A stretch of DNA of 64,000 nt from Callorhinchus milii (lineage: Eukaryota), in contig NW_024704743.1 in assembly GCF_018977255.1 (NCBI RefSeq), forward strand, positions 79,672,001 to 79,736,000. The letters are read 5' to 3'. A program made the translations under genes and the position numbers. The notes beneath the pieces are model-generated. The model saw only the letters and a list, made by a program, of their open reading frames with translations. It was not told where the DNA came from and did no database searches. This document shows, one piece after another, positions 35,111 to 49,040 of this stretch (the stretch's first letter is position 1; each line of letters opens with the position of its first letter).

Positions 35111-38100
35111 ACTATGGGAGCACTTTGTCTTACCAAAATGAAAAGTGCTGCATAAAAGTATATTGTATTGAACTAGTCCTCTCAGTTTTTCTTTTCTCTC
35201 TTCATTTTCCCTCTGAGACTCAGTGTTATGCAAAGTTTGGTCCTATGACTCAGGCTGCAAATCACCTAGTGAATGCAAGCAAGTGTGAAAGATAACTGAG
35301 AGTGCAAAAGGGACAGCCCAAGACCCTACCACAAGTGTTACATACACTGTCCCAGAAATGTCTCCATTTGACTGCTAAAACCTCTCCCTGACTTATGAAC
35401 AAGACCTTTGAATAGAGACTAAGAAAGTGGTGAAGGAGTGAGCTCTGAGTAGGAGCAGCATCATTTGCATCAGCTTATGACCCTCAACGTATTTCCACCT
35501 CCCTTCCCCCAACTCCTCCCACCCACACTTCCACCTCCACCCACTCTCACAACCTAGTTCTTCATTGTGGTTTGGAACAACACCTATTATTGTAAATGAG
35601 GTTTATCTTTGGTAAGTGCCTAATAACAAGAAAGCACAATTCTCTTATTTGAAAACCTTTGCTGCTGAAAAACTATCTAATACTCCCCTGAAACTGCTGG
35701 CAGTATCTATCCATGGGGCAAACTATTCCACATGTAGACCACCCGCCATGTTAAATATAAATGATCTAATTCACCTCCTCCACACCGTGACCCCCTCCTT
35801 CCCCCCACCCACCCTGGTTTCTGAGCTGCAGACCATGACATTATGAGCTCAGAATTAAACCAAGAAGTGCGAGCACGTGGGTGAAAAACAGAAGTGTGTT
35901 TGATGCACGAGAGTGCAAGCGTCAAATAACAAAGGAAAAGACTTGTGATTGCGGTTCTTGTCTAGTTGGCAGTGTTAAAGGGATTAACTGGCCAGTTCAG
36001 AACTGCAATGACAGTCTGCCCTGTTCCTCTTTCTTTGTTTAGCTCACAGTTTGAGGACAAAGAAAGATGGATATTAATTGAATGCTGTTACACTGGGAAA
36101 TCAGTACTAATCTTGTCACAATGGGAAGGCGGATGATTTTGAACTCTGGGAGTATTAATGCTTCTCTCTCTTTATATTTGTTAGGTCAGGGTATCAAAGG
36201 ATATGAGGCGAGAGTGGGTAATTGGGAGTTGTGGTACAGATCAGCCATGATCTTGAAGAATGGCAGAACAGGCTTGAGTGAAACTGTGAAAGTGTACCTG
36301 TTACACTCTCACAGCCTGATCACGCTCACAGCAAGAGTGCGGTGAAAGAGTTAACAGCCCGCACACTCAGTGCACATTCGCAGATTTGGCACCGAGCGCA
36401 CAACAGCTGGTCACGTAGTTAATTGGTGGTCTGCAATTGGCTCAAAGTTCAAACTCATTTCATTGGCAGCGGGGCCCGCTTGCTGGGGTGGCTTTACTCT
36501 CTCTATTAACACACACACAAAAACCAGCACCATCAGATTACCTTGGCATCGCTCCAGCTTAAGATGTCAGAACGCCTGCTTTGCGGTCTCCATGGCGATG
36601 TGAACACTAGTCACTGCCAAAGAAAGAAAGGAGAGCAGCTGGTGGATGGGCACGAGCTACTCTTTCAAGAGTGGCCGATTATCCACCAGATTTACTGGCG
36701 GAGAGGTAAAGGAAAGTGCTGTAGGCTCAACTGGAGAACTTCTCCTAATTGTGACGATGATTCAAAACATGAGGGTTTCCAGCCACCCATCTGCTGGGTC
36801 ACAAACTGATCGGATTACCGTTTGAAATGATAAGAACAAGGTTCTTTTTTTCTTTAAGGTTACTGTACGTTGCTTTCAAACTTCCCCTTCTCTTCCCCTC
36901 CTCCCCCCCCCTCTCCCCGCACTCGCAACCCCAACCCACTCTGCATTCTGCCACCCAGCGGCCAATACACACCAACTGCTATACCCCACCCACCCTCACC
37001 CCCGTGGAATATTGCTCTGTGAGAATGCATCACTCCTGTGCCTTCCGCTCTGATAAGCAATAAAATATTAAAAATACAGTCAATCCACTTTACAGTATAT
37101 TCTATTAAAATCTTTGAGATGATAATGCGCTGTATCAAATGCAAGGATTATTATTATTATTATTAGCATCAAATGTCAAGGATCAATCCATAGTTGCCTC
37201 GAAAACAGCAGAAAGTAAAGGTACATCATTGGGCAATACACACTGTAAGGACACAAGTCCAAGCCAGTTGATCTCATCCAGAGCAGAAGTTGGGAGCCTA
37301 GCACCTCCCTGTCTCTCTGTTCTCCTCCTACCCCTCAAGCTTGCTGCGCCAGAACCCCCACCCCCCCATCCCCAACACCCCCATCTCCAACCCCCTCCCA
37401 CTGATCCTCGGAGGCCAAGCTACACCCCTATTCTGCCCCGAACCACTTCAAATGCACCTCTGGCTGCCTCCTCCTTCCCCCCTCCCCTTCGCTTGGTGTC
37501 TGACCCCTTCTTTTTTGTAAAGTGCTCCGAGATAAGAAGAGAGCAATATAAATGCCTGTTGTTGTTATATAATGGAGATACAGAGTTCATCCAACTAAGA
37601 AAGATGAAGTGGAATAAACAGCGTATTCCACGATTGCCCATTGTCGGTCCTCAGTTAATTTGTCTTTTATTCAGGCTAAGCGTTTGCTGGTATTGCCGGG
37701 TTATTGGATTCAAGCTCACTAATCCTTCCCCACCCAGCCAGCAGGCAGGCTGCAGACAGCCTCTTCCTTGTACTGTGGCACCACCAGCTGCGGGAAGGCA
37801 GGCAGCCAAGGGCACAATTCACTGCCTTGTTTTTGTGCACTCTGCCAGGCACAGGGGATGCTAATCTGGGTCTTGCACCTGCCTGGGTGGCAACGCGGGA
37901 AAAAAATAAAGGGCTCAGACTTTTAACTCATTCCCATCAAACAATCTCATTGTTGGAAGTGCTGTCCTGTGGATGTTAAAGAACCATTATTTAAAAAGAG
38001 AAGGTTGTTTATCCTGATGGCCGAGCCAACAATACTCCAAGATATAAAATTGGTCATTCAATTTATGGCTGTTCATAGAAAATTACTGTTCCCAAACTAG

Positions 38101-38864
38101 CTACCTGTTTGGTTACAGATACAGACACTGGACTTTGTAACTGCTTTAATACATTCTCAATGTTATATTGAATGCAAGGATTATTATTTGGCTGAATTTT
38201 CCCTCTCTAGCCCTGGGGAATGGAGACCTTTGTAGGTAGTGTTCACTCAACTCAGCTCATTGCTGCCATTTTTACATTACTACTGAGTCAAGCCTATATC
38301 CAGGAGCAGTGAGCAGTGTAAAATAGTTGATAGTCCTAGCTCCAGATCTGCACACACCGGACTCTGTCTCTGATCTTCCATTGCCTCCATGCCTTTAACA
38401 GAAAGTAAGTATCGTGTGTATGTAATTGAACAGTCATTTGAGATTTTCTGTGATCTTCACCAACCGAATAACTACAGCACAAAGATTTGTAGCAAAGTCT
38501 ACTGATTTTTAGGTATGCCTCCGGCCTCTGCTACTTTACCCCATTTCTTTGACGTTGCCTTCAACCAACACTCTATCTCTCACCCAGCTCAGACTCTCAC
38601 ACTGTTTCGGTAAAGCACTTTGAGATGTCCTCCAAGAGGAAAGATACTGCTATAATAGTGCAGGTTGTTCTTTGGATGTCACCGAAAAAAAATTTGTAAA
38701 ACACCAAAACAAGTTCAGTTTGAATTCAGGACAATACTTTTCCACCTTACAAATACATTGGGATAGAAATACTTACACCTACTTACAAAATATTGTACAG
38801 GAAATAAATAGCATTTTTATAGCTCCTTACCACATCAAAGCAATTCCCAGCAATTCTTGTCTTG

Positions 38865-39225
38865 TGTAGTGAGTGTACATTTGTCGGCAAACATAGCAGT
38901 CATTTTGCCTCTAGTAAAGCCACACAAACAGTAATGAAGTGAATGTCAAATTTTGTTTCTGGGGGATTGCTGGTCAGAACACCAGAGAAAAAAAATCTTT
39001 TTCTTTTGAATTTTGTCATGAGATCTTTAACATCCACCGGACGAGGCAGACAAGACCTCAGTTTAACGTTGTACATGGAGGATGGCACTTCTGACATTAC
39101 AATGTTGCCACAGCACTGCATTGGAGTATCTACCAAGACTGTGATCTCAAAGTCCTAATGTGGGGTTTGAACACACAACCTCCTGACTCAGAGGCGAGAG
39201 TATTACCAACTCAGTCAGGCTGACA
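38865..39225 (-). mobile_element. Deu-SINE family B
   Basis: Head 'tttgaacacacaacctcctgactcagaggcgagagt' and body 'gatggcacttctgaca'. Confidence 0.82.
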
Positions 39226-39789
39226 TTAATGTTTATGTTTGTATGCACGAAGTCAGAAAGCAAAATTTGCAACAAATAATATTAAACAGGAATGACCCTG
39301 CCAGGCCCAGCACAATGACCTTTCAGGATTAATGTGCCACATTTACTAACATTTACTAAAGTAGAAAATGTGGCAGATCTTTCATCGCATATCCTGTATA
39401 CAAACATTTGAGACTCACTCGGTCAGTTCCCCACGGCCCTGACTTTAAAAACGTCTGACTAATATAAACTGTAAATAAACTCTGTAACAGCAACCAGCAA
39501 TGCAACCACATAGTCAGAGCAATACCTCAGTATTCACAGAATCAGCTAATGTAAGAGGTGTGACTGAGTCAATTCAACCCAAGTGGGAATTAATCCTAAC
39601 CCTACCTGACTGGCTTCATCCAGTCAATTTAGACCTAACCAGTGTGATGAGCCCTCTAAATATTACAAAGAAAGAAGGAAATAACATAATGTTTTATAGT
39701 ACTTAATCACATCAGAAACCACTGCTTTGGCAGTTGCTGTCAAATGTAGTGACTGTTTTTGTAGGACAACAAGGCAGCTTCTGCAAATA

Positions 39790-40235
39790 ATGTTACATTA
39801 CAATTTACATTTATGTAGCACCTTTCACATCGAGAGAACATGTCAAAGTGCTTGACAATTCTGGATGGGCACCTGAGCTGAGGGTGGCAGCTGAGAGGTG
39901 TGGGGAGAGGAAATATGATCAAAAGTATGCTCATGGCTATGTTTTGAAACAGGCCTTGAAAGAGGGGAGGGAGAAAGTCAGAGAGTTTCAAATAGGACTT
40001 CAAACAGTTTTAATTTTTTAAAAAAATACAGAGAATAGAATTCCAGAGAGCAGGTACCCAATGGCAGAAATCCATCCACCAATGGTGGGGTGGATAGAGC
40101 AGGGGACTTGGATTAGGCTAGTGTCAACCAAGCAAAGGGAATGGCTGGGTTGGTATGTGTGAAAGAGGTTGCAGAGTTAAGGTGGGGCAAGATAATAAGG
40201 CATTTAATTGCAAGAATGAGGATCTTGCAAGAATG
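39790..40235 (-). mobile_element. Old L2 3' end
   Basis: Tail 'catttatgtagcacctttcacatcg'; CKILILAIKCL. Confidence 0.7.
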
Positions 40236-40510
40236 AGGTGAATGATCAATTTTATCTGGGGAAATTGTTGGCCAAGGCACCAAGAGAAACTTCTTTCTCT
40301 TTTCAAACAGTATCATGAAATCTTTAACATCCAATTGACAGGCAAATTGAACTTGGTTGAACACCTTGTGTAAGGGATGACACCTCAGACACTGCAGCGG
40401 TATCTGAGTACTGCACTAGAGTGTCAGCCCAGACTATGAATCCAAGTCTCAAAATGGGCTTTGAATCCACAACCTTCAGACTTGAGAGTGAGAGTGCTAC
40501 AAAGCCAGTA
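40236..40510 (-). mobile_element. Deu-SINE family B, 5' part
   Basis: 'gatgacacctcagacactgcagc...ctgagtactgcactagagtgtcagccc...cacaaccttcagacttgagagtgagagtgctac'. Confidence 0.8.
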
Positions 40511-40624
40511 ATAGACTGGATCTTTCTTTGCCATTTCACCTCCAGGATAGTGAAGCATTTACTGCATGTAAAGAAATGAGGGTGAAAAATGCAACAGTTG
40601 GTTTATCATTCACCATTTTAAAAC

Positions 40625-40900
40625 AGCGTGAGGCATCAATAAACAAAGCAGATAGGATGCTGGGCTATATTGCTAAATTAGTTGACTTTAGATCCCCAGA
40701 GCTAGGCTCAGGCTGTAAAAATGTTCTGGCCAGACAACACCCCACATTAATGCATATTCTTCTGGTCACAGTGACATAGATAATACAGGCCCTAGAGGTA
40801 ATGCAGAATAGAGAAATGAGGATGATCCCCAGTGTTAGAGGGATGTGCAATGAGAAAAGCCTGGATAATCTTCGGCCTCAAAAAGAGACAGCTTATGGAG
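40625..40900 (+). mobile_element. CR1 ORF2 fragment
   Basis: QREASINKADRMLGYIAK; ALEVMQNR-type motif. Confidence 0.7.
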
Positions 40901-41271
40901 GCATATAAATAAATAAAAATAATAATAATCTTTGCATTTGATATAGCACCTTATCATGTCTCAAAACGGTTCACAGAATATACTGTAAGGTAAATTGACT
41001 GTATATTTTGTGGGCAAAATACAGAAGCCAATTTTGCACATCAGTGTCCCACACAGTCGTGGATTGAGTGACCTTATTATTATTTTTACTATTTTGATTT
41101 TTTTAAAGGGATTATTAGCCAGCAGTTTTGCAGTAGGAAGCCCGATATCCACACTAATTCAGACCAGCTAATTGTGGATATGAAAACAGTGGATCATCCA
41201 TGAAAATACAAATTGACTTCAATGCTACCCCAAAACAATTTTCACCAGGTGTTATACTGGCAATTTGCTGG

Positions 41272-41540
41272 TCTCTCTCTCTCTCTCTCTCTCTCTCATT
41301 ATGTCTCTCCCCCTAACTTTCTGTGTCTCTGATTCTCTCATAGTGATTCTCCCCTAAAAATCTATCTCGTGACTGTCTCTCTGATTTTGTTTCTCTCCCT
41401 AACCTTCTATCTCTGTCAACTCACTCTCGCTCTCTGATTTTCTGTCTCTGTGACTCTCTCTGTGATTTTCTGCTTGCTGACTATCTGTCTCTGATTTTGT
41501 GCTCACTGATTTTCTCTCTCTGATCTCTGTTTCCTTGACA
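41272..41540. repeat. (CT)n and CT-rich low-complexity tract
   Basis: Directly visible. Confidence 0.85.
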
Positions 41541-43249
41541 ATCCCTCTATTTCTAATCCTATATTGTACCTGTAACAAATTCCTGATTGACACACACACC
41601 TGCACTGTTTGGGTAAAATCACAAGCTGGCAACCTTACACAACTAAAATGCTCAACTAAAATGTTTCACAGCTCCACTTGCCATCTATATCTAAGCTCCA
41701 TTGCAGATAAACAGCCATGCAGATAGTCTACATAAGGCTACCAATGTTGTCCTGAAAATTCATATATGTAGCACCTTAGATATATATTGAAAACCAAAGC
41801 GAAGAACTGATTCAGGATTCTGCATGTATCCCAAAACCTGCTTAGCTGTGTTCACAATCCAGTGTACAATTTAGAATCTGAAAACTTAGGGTGAAATGTG
41901 TACTAGGATGCATTGTTGGCCAGTGGAATTAAAGTCACAAATGTGACTTATACAGAAGAGCAATCAACATGCTAGATTTTATGGACATTAAAAAAAATTG
42001 TAAAAAATATTTAAAAATATATTATAGGGTCAAAAGTGGATATTGCAGTCTTATGTGAGTTGAAGAGGGCTTTCTTTTCTCATAGGGTTAACATTTATTG
42101 GAAAGTTAGTATTTATTGCTGTGTTTCTACACATGACTCAGGAAGCTACTAATAAATGTGGTGCTGGATAGATTATGGGTTCTTAAAGGGATGAGGGTGT
42201 CTCATCATCTGTGCACACCATCTTAGGAAGTGTAACAAAATTAAACTTTAACAACTGTCCCTCAGGTTGTTAGTTAGTGCTAGAGACATTATTGGGATAC
42301 TTGGTTAGGAAATCTTATTGCAGTGTGAGAAAGCTGAATTAACATCAGTGGAGACAGCGTTGTTGCCAGTCAGCCGGGTCTGGGTTAATTCATCCAGTTT
42401 GGGGGTATTGCATCAATCTGGGCTGAGGTTTTGGGGTTCCCCGCTGGGAGTTGGAGATGCAATGTGTTTTTCACCCCCATTGCCTTGGTCTTTCCTTGGT
42501 CCATCAGGTTGGGCCGAATGGCTTGTTTCTGTGCTGTACATTCTTTGTACAAGTTAGCAAAATTGACAGTATAATTTCACCTACAAAACACAGTCATTTC
42601 ACCTTACTGTAAGTCTTATAAAGTGCTTTGAGACATCCTCCCGATGTGAAGGGTGCTATATCAATTGTGAGGATTATTATTATCATTTCCTCCGCTAGCT
42701 ACCGCAACTACATCACCAACTGTTAAGTGCTTGAGTAAATTGTTCAGCAACATCTGTAGTAAACTAAACAGGAAAGAAATCACAAGAATGTTAATGTAAG
42801 AAATGTACTTTTCTGAGCTGAATTAATACACAACACACACACACACACATTTGGAATGGTGGAACTGCTGAAGCCACTCTCTCTTTCCCCACCAATTAAC
42901 AGCTGCTTCTCTATTATTGTTAAATCAATTTGCTTTCACTGTTGTGCTCAGTGACTCCTCCAAGACTCCTCTAACCGCTGCTAATGTCATCAGCGTTCAC
43001 TGATTGCACTGAGACATTCAACTCCCCTCATGGCTCAGTTAGTAAACCCACTGTTTTTGAGTGTGAGCCATGCAAACCAGAAAGTTGATGTCAAAGGCCA
43101 GGCCAGCAGGTGGGGCTCCACAATTGGCCTCAGAACCTCTGAGCCAGTGAAGGGAAATTCAGACAGGTTTCCCACTGTTGAGTGCCTCCTGTTGAAAGAC
43201 GCACAAGTGTAATTCAGGTGAAGACATCAGTAGCGGCACAAATATAACA

Positions 43250-43792
43250 ATAATTTGCTAGTCTATATTGCTAAATCAGTTGAGTTTAGATGTCATACTC
43301 AGGCTGTGCAGTCCTCTGGTCAGAACGTATCTTGACTACTGCATACAGTTCTGGTCACTGCAACATAAGGGGCTGTCTGCACTATAGAGGTGGTGTAGAG
43401 GAGAGCAACAAGGATAATCCCCAGTGTTAGAGCAATGAGCAACGCTTAGACAAACTAGGGCTCTTCAGTCTTGAGAGAAGACGACTCATTGGGGACCTCA
43501 TAGAGATGTATAACATTTTTAATGGGATTGAAAAAGTAAACCCAGATCAATACAAGACAGTAGAACAAGAGGACATAGGTTTAGAGTTGTAAATGGCAAT
43601 TTTAGGACAGATAGCAGGAAGTTTTTCTTTACCCAGAGGGTTACCAGGAAAGCTGGTTGAGGCCAGGACATTGGACTCATTTAAAAAGCAGCTTGATGCC
43701 GCGATGGGAGGATGGTAGAGCGGGTGCTCCAAAAGGATGATATCAGATGGGCCAAATGGCCTTCCTCATCCAAACCAATCTTGTGATCTTAT
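43250..43792 (+). mobile_element. CR1 LINE 3' end
   Basis: LVRTYLDYCIQFWS; RLDKLGLFSLERRRLIGDLIEMYNI; TRGHRFR; tail 'gatgggccaaatggccttcctc'. Confidence 0.9.
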
Positions 43793-44104
43793 GAATTTAC
43801 ATTTATATAGTGCCTTTCACATTTGGAGGGCATCATGATGCACTTCAGCTGATTGGGAGCCCAATCTGTGAAGAGGGTGGAAGGAACTAGCAGAGGGAAA
43901 GGAAAGATGGCCAAACATAGTCAAAGAGATAGGTTTTAAGGGGGGGGGGGGGGGGGGGAGCATGGATTGGGCTAAGTGATGGGGGGGCGGAATCCTCTAT
44001 ACGCAGGTATTGCATATAAAGTTGAAACTGGGTACAGTAAAAGTGCTAAAAATTAAATAAAGTTTTTTTCATCAAAGTATCCCTGGTCTCAGCAATTGTT
44101 ACAA

Positions 44105-44322
44105 TCAGTGTTGTTACGATCTGGAATGCGCTGCCTGAAAGGGTAGTGGAAGCGGACTCGATGATAGCTTTCTAAAAGGGAATGGATAGGTACTTAAAAA
44201 GGAAAAAATCTGCAGGGCTATGGAGTAAAAGGGGGTAGTGGGACTAGTTGGTAGCTTTTTCAAAGAGCTGGCACAGGCACAATGTGCCGAATGTCCTCTT
44301 TCTGTGCTGTAAGATTCTATGA
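44105..44322 (+). mobile_element. CR1 3' end
   Basis: VVTIWNALPERVVEADSMIAF and 'ccgaatgtcctctttctgtgctgtaagattctatgatt'. Confidence 0.85.
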
Positions 44323-46584
44323 TTGGGTTAATCTCTGCGATGCAGTAGGTCTGCAGGACTATTACACGGTCCTTTCAACATCCGCCTGCCTGCCGAGGCA
44401 AACAATCAGGATACCTCTCTTTTTTTAGGATTTGAAAAAAGAGCAAGTAATAAAAATGTCTTTGTGTGAGCTAAGAATGATGACTGATTGCAAGAGAGTT
44501 GTTTGGACCAGAATTTATCCCCTTAGTTTTGTCTTAGACTCATTATGTCAGCTCTGATGAATTGTTGCTCGACAGATGCTAGGCTCACCATTAAGTGTGT
44601 ACTGTACGCACCAGCTTAACTCACATTCCACCCAGCCTTGGCCTGAAGGAAAGGCGCAAGCTGGAATTTCAACCACAAACTGCATGGCCTTTCAGAGGGA
44701 GTGAATCAGCCTGCTGTAGCATACACCTCGCATTTTGTTTTAATGCTGAACCTACTGCACCTGCTCTCAATGCCCGATTATCCCCTACGTGCAGGTGCTG
44801 CTCTTCCATTATTCACTAAGAGATTTATTTCCATCAATTCAACATGGTTTCAGATCATCTTTCTGAGCTCTATTGTGCCTGTAAACATTTTATATTGGTA
44901 TATATTGGTGAGGAGGGGGAAGGAGGGAGGGAGCTGTAACCTACGACTCTTGAAACCGTCCACCCAGAGTTCGCTTGCTACAATGTTAAATGGAGCCACA
45001 AGGCACTGGGCTCCCTTGTGGCTCCAGGATTTTTCCTGTTCGTTTGGAACGCGATACAGACCAGGAAATTCTCAAGTTCCAAATCTGATCTGAGGTGGAG
45101 TGCTGGTTGGCGCATTGCAGCTGGCCTCAGTGTCCCCAAGAGAGAGATCAGGTAATAAATATCACCAGGACTCCCGCTTCTGACACTCCTGATCACTGAC
45201 CTGTGACTCCCGCTGGAAAGGGTTCACATGTGAACTTCATATGGGATCAGGGTTGGGCTCAGGATGATGCTTGCCCCCTCCTTCTGAATGAGCAGTGTTT
45301 CACTGCTTCTTGTCACACGTGTCCATGTACAACAACAACAATTTTCACTTATATTGCACATTTAATTCTGGCTGAGATACACCTTGTCCCATTGAAATAT
45401 CTCCAAGTCTTTTACAAAGATGGATTACACCTACAATTATGCAGTCACAATACTTTACAGAAAACAATGTGAAGCACTTTGAGGGATTTTGACAGAATAC
45501 AATGATCTTACAAGGATTATTATTAATATAATATTGTGTTATTAAAGCTGGGGGGGATAGGTGAAGTAGAGGTTAGGGGAGGTGGATGAAGGAGCAGTCA
45601 AAGAGATGTTTTTGTAGATGGGTTCTGAAAGAAGGAAAAAACGGTGGAGGGATTCAGGGAGAGTTCCAGAGATGGGGGCGGGGGTGCAAAGTGTCTGTAA
45701 GCGTGTAGGTGAGATTCTGATCAACTATTGCTGCTGGACTATTGCTGACTCAAGATGAAAAAGAAAAAGGCAAATAGCAGCACCATAAAAACATCCACAA
45801 TTAATATTTGGTTTCTTATCCCATCAAAATGTCCCAAAGTGCTTTAAAAAGACAGATTATTACACCTACAATTACACAGTCACTACAACAATGTGAAGTG
45901 CTTTAAATTATTTATCTATATCCATATCTAATCTTTCTCTATCTCTTTATCACATCTATTTCAATTGATGCTTCAAGCAGTCTATTCTTTGGTCCATTTA
46001 TTGATGGAAGGAGAAGAAAACCCTTCATTTGAAATGGATATTTAAATTAAAATCAAACATATAAAAGTGATACTGTTAAAGAATTGCTTCAGACTAATAA
46101 TGTAGCTGAACAGGGGATTATACAGTAAAAAGCAAGATGAACTCTACCTCTGCAATCTCCTCTAAATTGGCCTAAAGGAGATTTGTTTGACGTGTGATGT
46201 ACAGCAGTTTGGGAGGTTAACCAACATGATCTTATTAAGTTGTCATATATAAGGTTGAGGTTACTCACCAATATTAATTTTAGGTTACAGTAATAAAGAT
46301 TTCAGTAAAAGATTGATCAAACTGTAGAACTCTAACAAGAAAATTTGCCATAATTGGATAGGAAGTTCCAAATACAGATTGGCTCTGATAATAATAATAC
46401 TAATAATTAATCCTTGCATATAATACGAGGGCTATATCAAAAACATCTCAAACCACATCACAGGAAGTTGCTGTAATGTGTATTTGTAGGTGAACCAAAT
46501 AGCCAATTTGTGCAATTAGAGGTCACATAAAAAGCCACTGAAGTGAATGACATTGAGAATTGAACTCAGATAGTCTGCTAATCC

Positions 46585-46898
46585 AATGCATCGGAGATGC
46601 CGTACTTTGGATGAAATGGTAAACTGAGGTTGTCTGCCTGTTTGGGTGGATGTTAAAGATCCCAAGGCACTTTTCAAAAAGAGAAGGGAGTTTCACCTGA
46701 TGTCCTCACCTACAATCCCACTAATACAATTGATCATTCACTCCATGGCTATTTGTGAGATATTGCTGTGCACAACTAGCTGCTGTGTTTTGCTCACCAA
46801 ATACAGTCAATCCACTTTACAGAAATCCTGTGAAGTGCTTTGAGACATCTTGACGATGTGAAAGACACTATATCAAATGCAAGGATTATTATTATTAT
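46585..46898 (+). mobile_element. Deu-SINE family B
   Basis: 'ggatgttaaagatcccaaggcacttttcaaaaagagaagggagtttc', core and tail. Confidence 0.82.
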
Positions 46899-47660
46899 AC
46901 TCACATCTGCTAGCCACAGGCAGAGTCCCTACAGGCAGCCCCATATGATGGAAGGGAAAGTTAACACTGCCGACACCCACCGACACAAAGCAAATGTGCT
47001 TCTAATTTGTTTCTTTTACTCTTGTAGATCAATAAGAAAATAGGACACCTTTCATTGAACCAATAGATCTAGCAGCACAAGCTTCTGGGGCAGGTGAGAG
47101 AGAGCAGTTGGCACTCTCATTCTCTAAAGTGAAGTTGCTAAAGGAATGTTTTAATTGGCAGCTTTTCATTAACCATTCTCAGGAACAGAAGAAAAATGAA
47201 ACAAGAGTAAGACATGAATACCAATGCCATCCACCGCCCCTCCATCGGCAGCCAAGGTTCAACCACCCTCTGGGAATTCCTCCCTCATTGCTCCACCTCA
47301 CACCCTGTCTATCTATTATCAAAAGCTGCCTAAAAATTGAGCTCTTTGACCGTCTCCTTATGGTCACTTTCCCCCTCCCTCCACTCCAGCTAATTCGAGT
47401 CTGGCAATGTCTCTGTAAAGTTAAATGCTCTGAGATGCTACTCTACGGGAAGGATGCTATAAAAATCCAAGCTGTTGTTGTTGTTGCTGCGAAAGCACAG
47501 TAAAAAAGTTATTAGGAAAGTTTTGAAAGCTGAGGAGGAAGGGAGGGAGGGAGGTGGGGAAATTTAAGGTCAAGGTTTCAGAGCGTGGGAGAAAAGTGAT
47601 TGAAAGCTTGCCCACTGACAATGAGGTGGAGAGGGTGGGGAATTGAAGCAGACTTGAGGT

Positions 47661-49040
47661 ACAACAACAAAATTACATTTGTATAGCACCTTTCACATCG
47701 GGAGGACGTCCCAAGGCGCTGGATAGACAGAGTTATGGACCCAAGCTGGGGGTCAGATGGGGAAGGGTGGAGGGCGGGAGGGGGGGAAGCAGGGAGATTC
47801 AATGCACGGTCGAAGAGGAGGGTCTTGAGGTGGGTCTTGAAGGTGGCGAGTGAGGGGGCGAGACGGAGGGACTGCAGGATGGAGTTCCAGTGGATGGGTG
47901 CAGAGTGGCGGAAGGCCCGCCCGCCAATAGTGGGGCAAGCAAGGCATGGTACGTGAAGCAGGCCAGAGTCTGCTGAGCGGAGGGAGCGAACAGGATGGTA
48001 GAGGGTTAGGAGGTTGCAGAGGTAGGGGGGAGCAAGATCGTGGAGGGTTTTGAAGGTGAGTACCAGGATCTTGAACTGTATCCTCTGTGTGATGGGAAGC
48101 CAGTGGAGTTGGGCAAGGATGGGAGTGATAGGGTCGCGGAGCCTGGTGCGGGAGAGGACATGTGCAGAGTTCTAGATGACCTGCAGCCTGTGGAGGGAGG
48201 AGTCAGGGAGGCCAACGAGCAATGAGTTTGCATAGTCAAGCCTCGATGTAATGAGGGTTTCGGCGGCCTGCGGTGTGAGACAGTGGTGGAGCCAGGTGAC
48301 GTTGCGGAGATGCGGGGAAGGCAGAGCGGGTCATGGCGCGGATGTGGAGTAGAAAGGATAGTTGAGGGTCAAACAAGATCCCAAGGTTCCGGACTGCCTT
48401 AGTAAGGTGGAGTCCTGTAGCTCAGTGGTTAGAGCACTCGCTTTACAAGCGAGAGTCCTGAGTTCAATTCCAGGCAGGGCGAAACCTTGGGCAAGTTTCC
48501 TTACTCCACACGCCTAATAATAATCGCTCCAAAAACAAAAAGAATAATAAATTGGTCATTTTCAATCTACGACTGTTTGTGGGACATTGCTGTGTGCAAT
48601 TGGCTGCCGCGTTCGCCCACAAATATATAGTCAATTCACTTTACAGTGAAGCGCTTTGGGACTTCCTCCCGACGTGAAAAGCGCTATATCATATGCAAGG
48701 ATTATTATTATTATAAGGTGGAGTGTGCAACCATGGATGGTGATGCTGTCAGCGCCTGAGGTATAGCTGAGGGAGCCAATCAGGAGAGCCTCGGTCTTGT
48801 TGATGTTCAACTGAAGAAAGTTAGCTCTCATCCAGGATTTAATGTCTGACAGACATTCTGTTAGGACAGCAGTGGTCCTGGAGTTCAAGGTGGAGGCAGA
48901 GAGGTAGAGTTGGGTGTCATCCACATACATGTATGACCCCATGTCTGCGGATGATGTCACCAAGAGGGAGCATATAGATATTGAAGAGGAAGGGACCAAG
49001 GACAAAGCCCTGAGGAACGCTGCACGAGACTGTCCGGGTT
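47661..49040 (-). mobile_element. L2 (subfamily c), split by a SINE at 48407-48713
   Basis: [41 protein letters not shown] and tail. Confidence 0.93.
48407..48713 (+). mobile_element. Young SINE family A, short form, with TSD
   Basis: Full head, core and tail; 'taaggtggagt' at 48403-48413 and 48714-48724. Confidence 0.95.

Noticed and set aside
43940..43958. G19 run as a functional G-quadruplex
   Set aside because: It sits in a decayed L2 3' region and is more likely slippage or a sequencing artefact.
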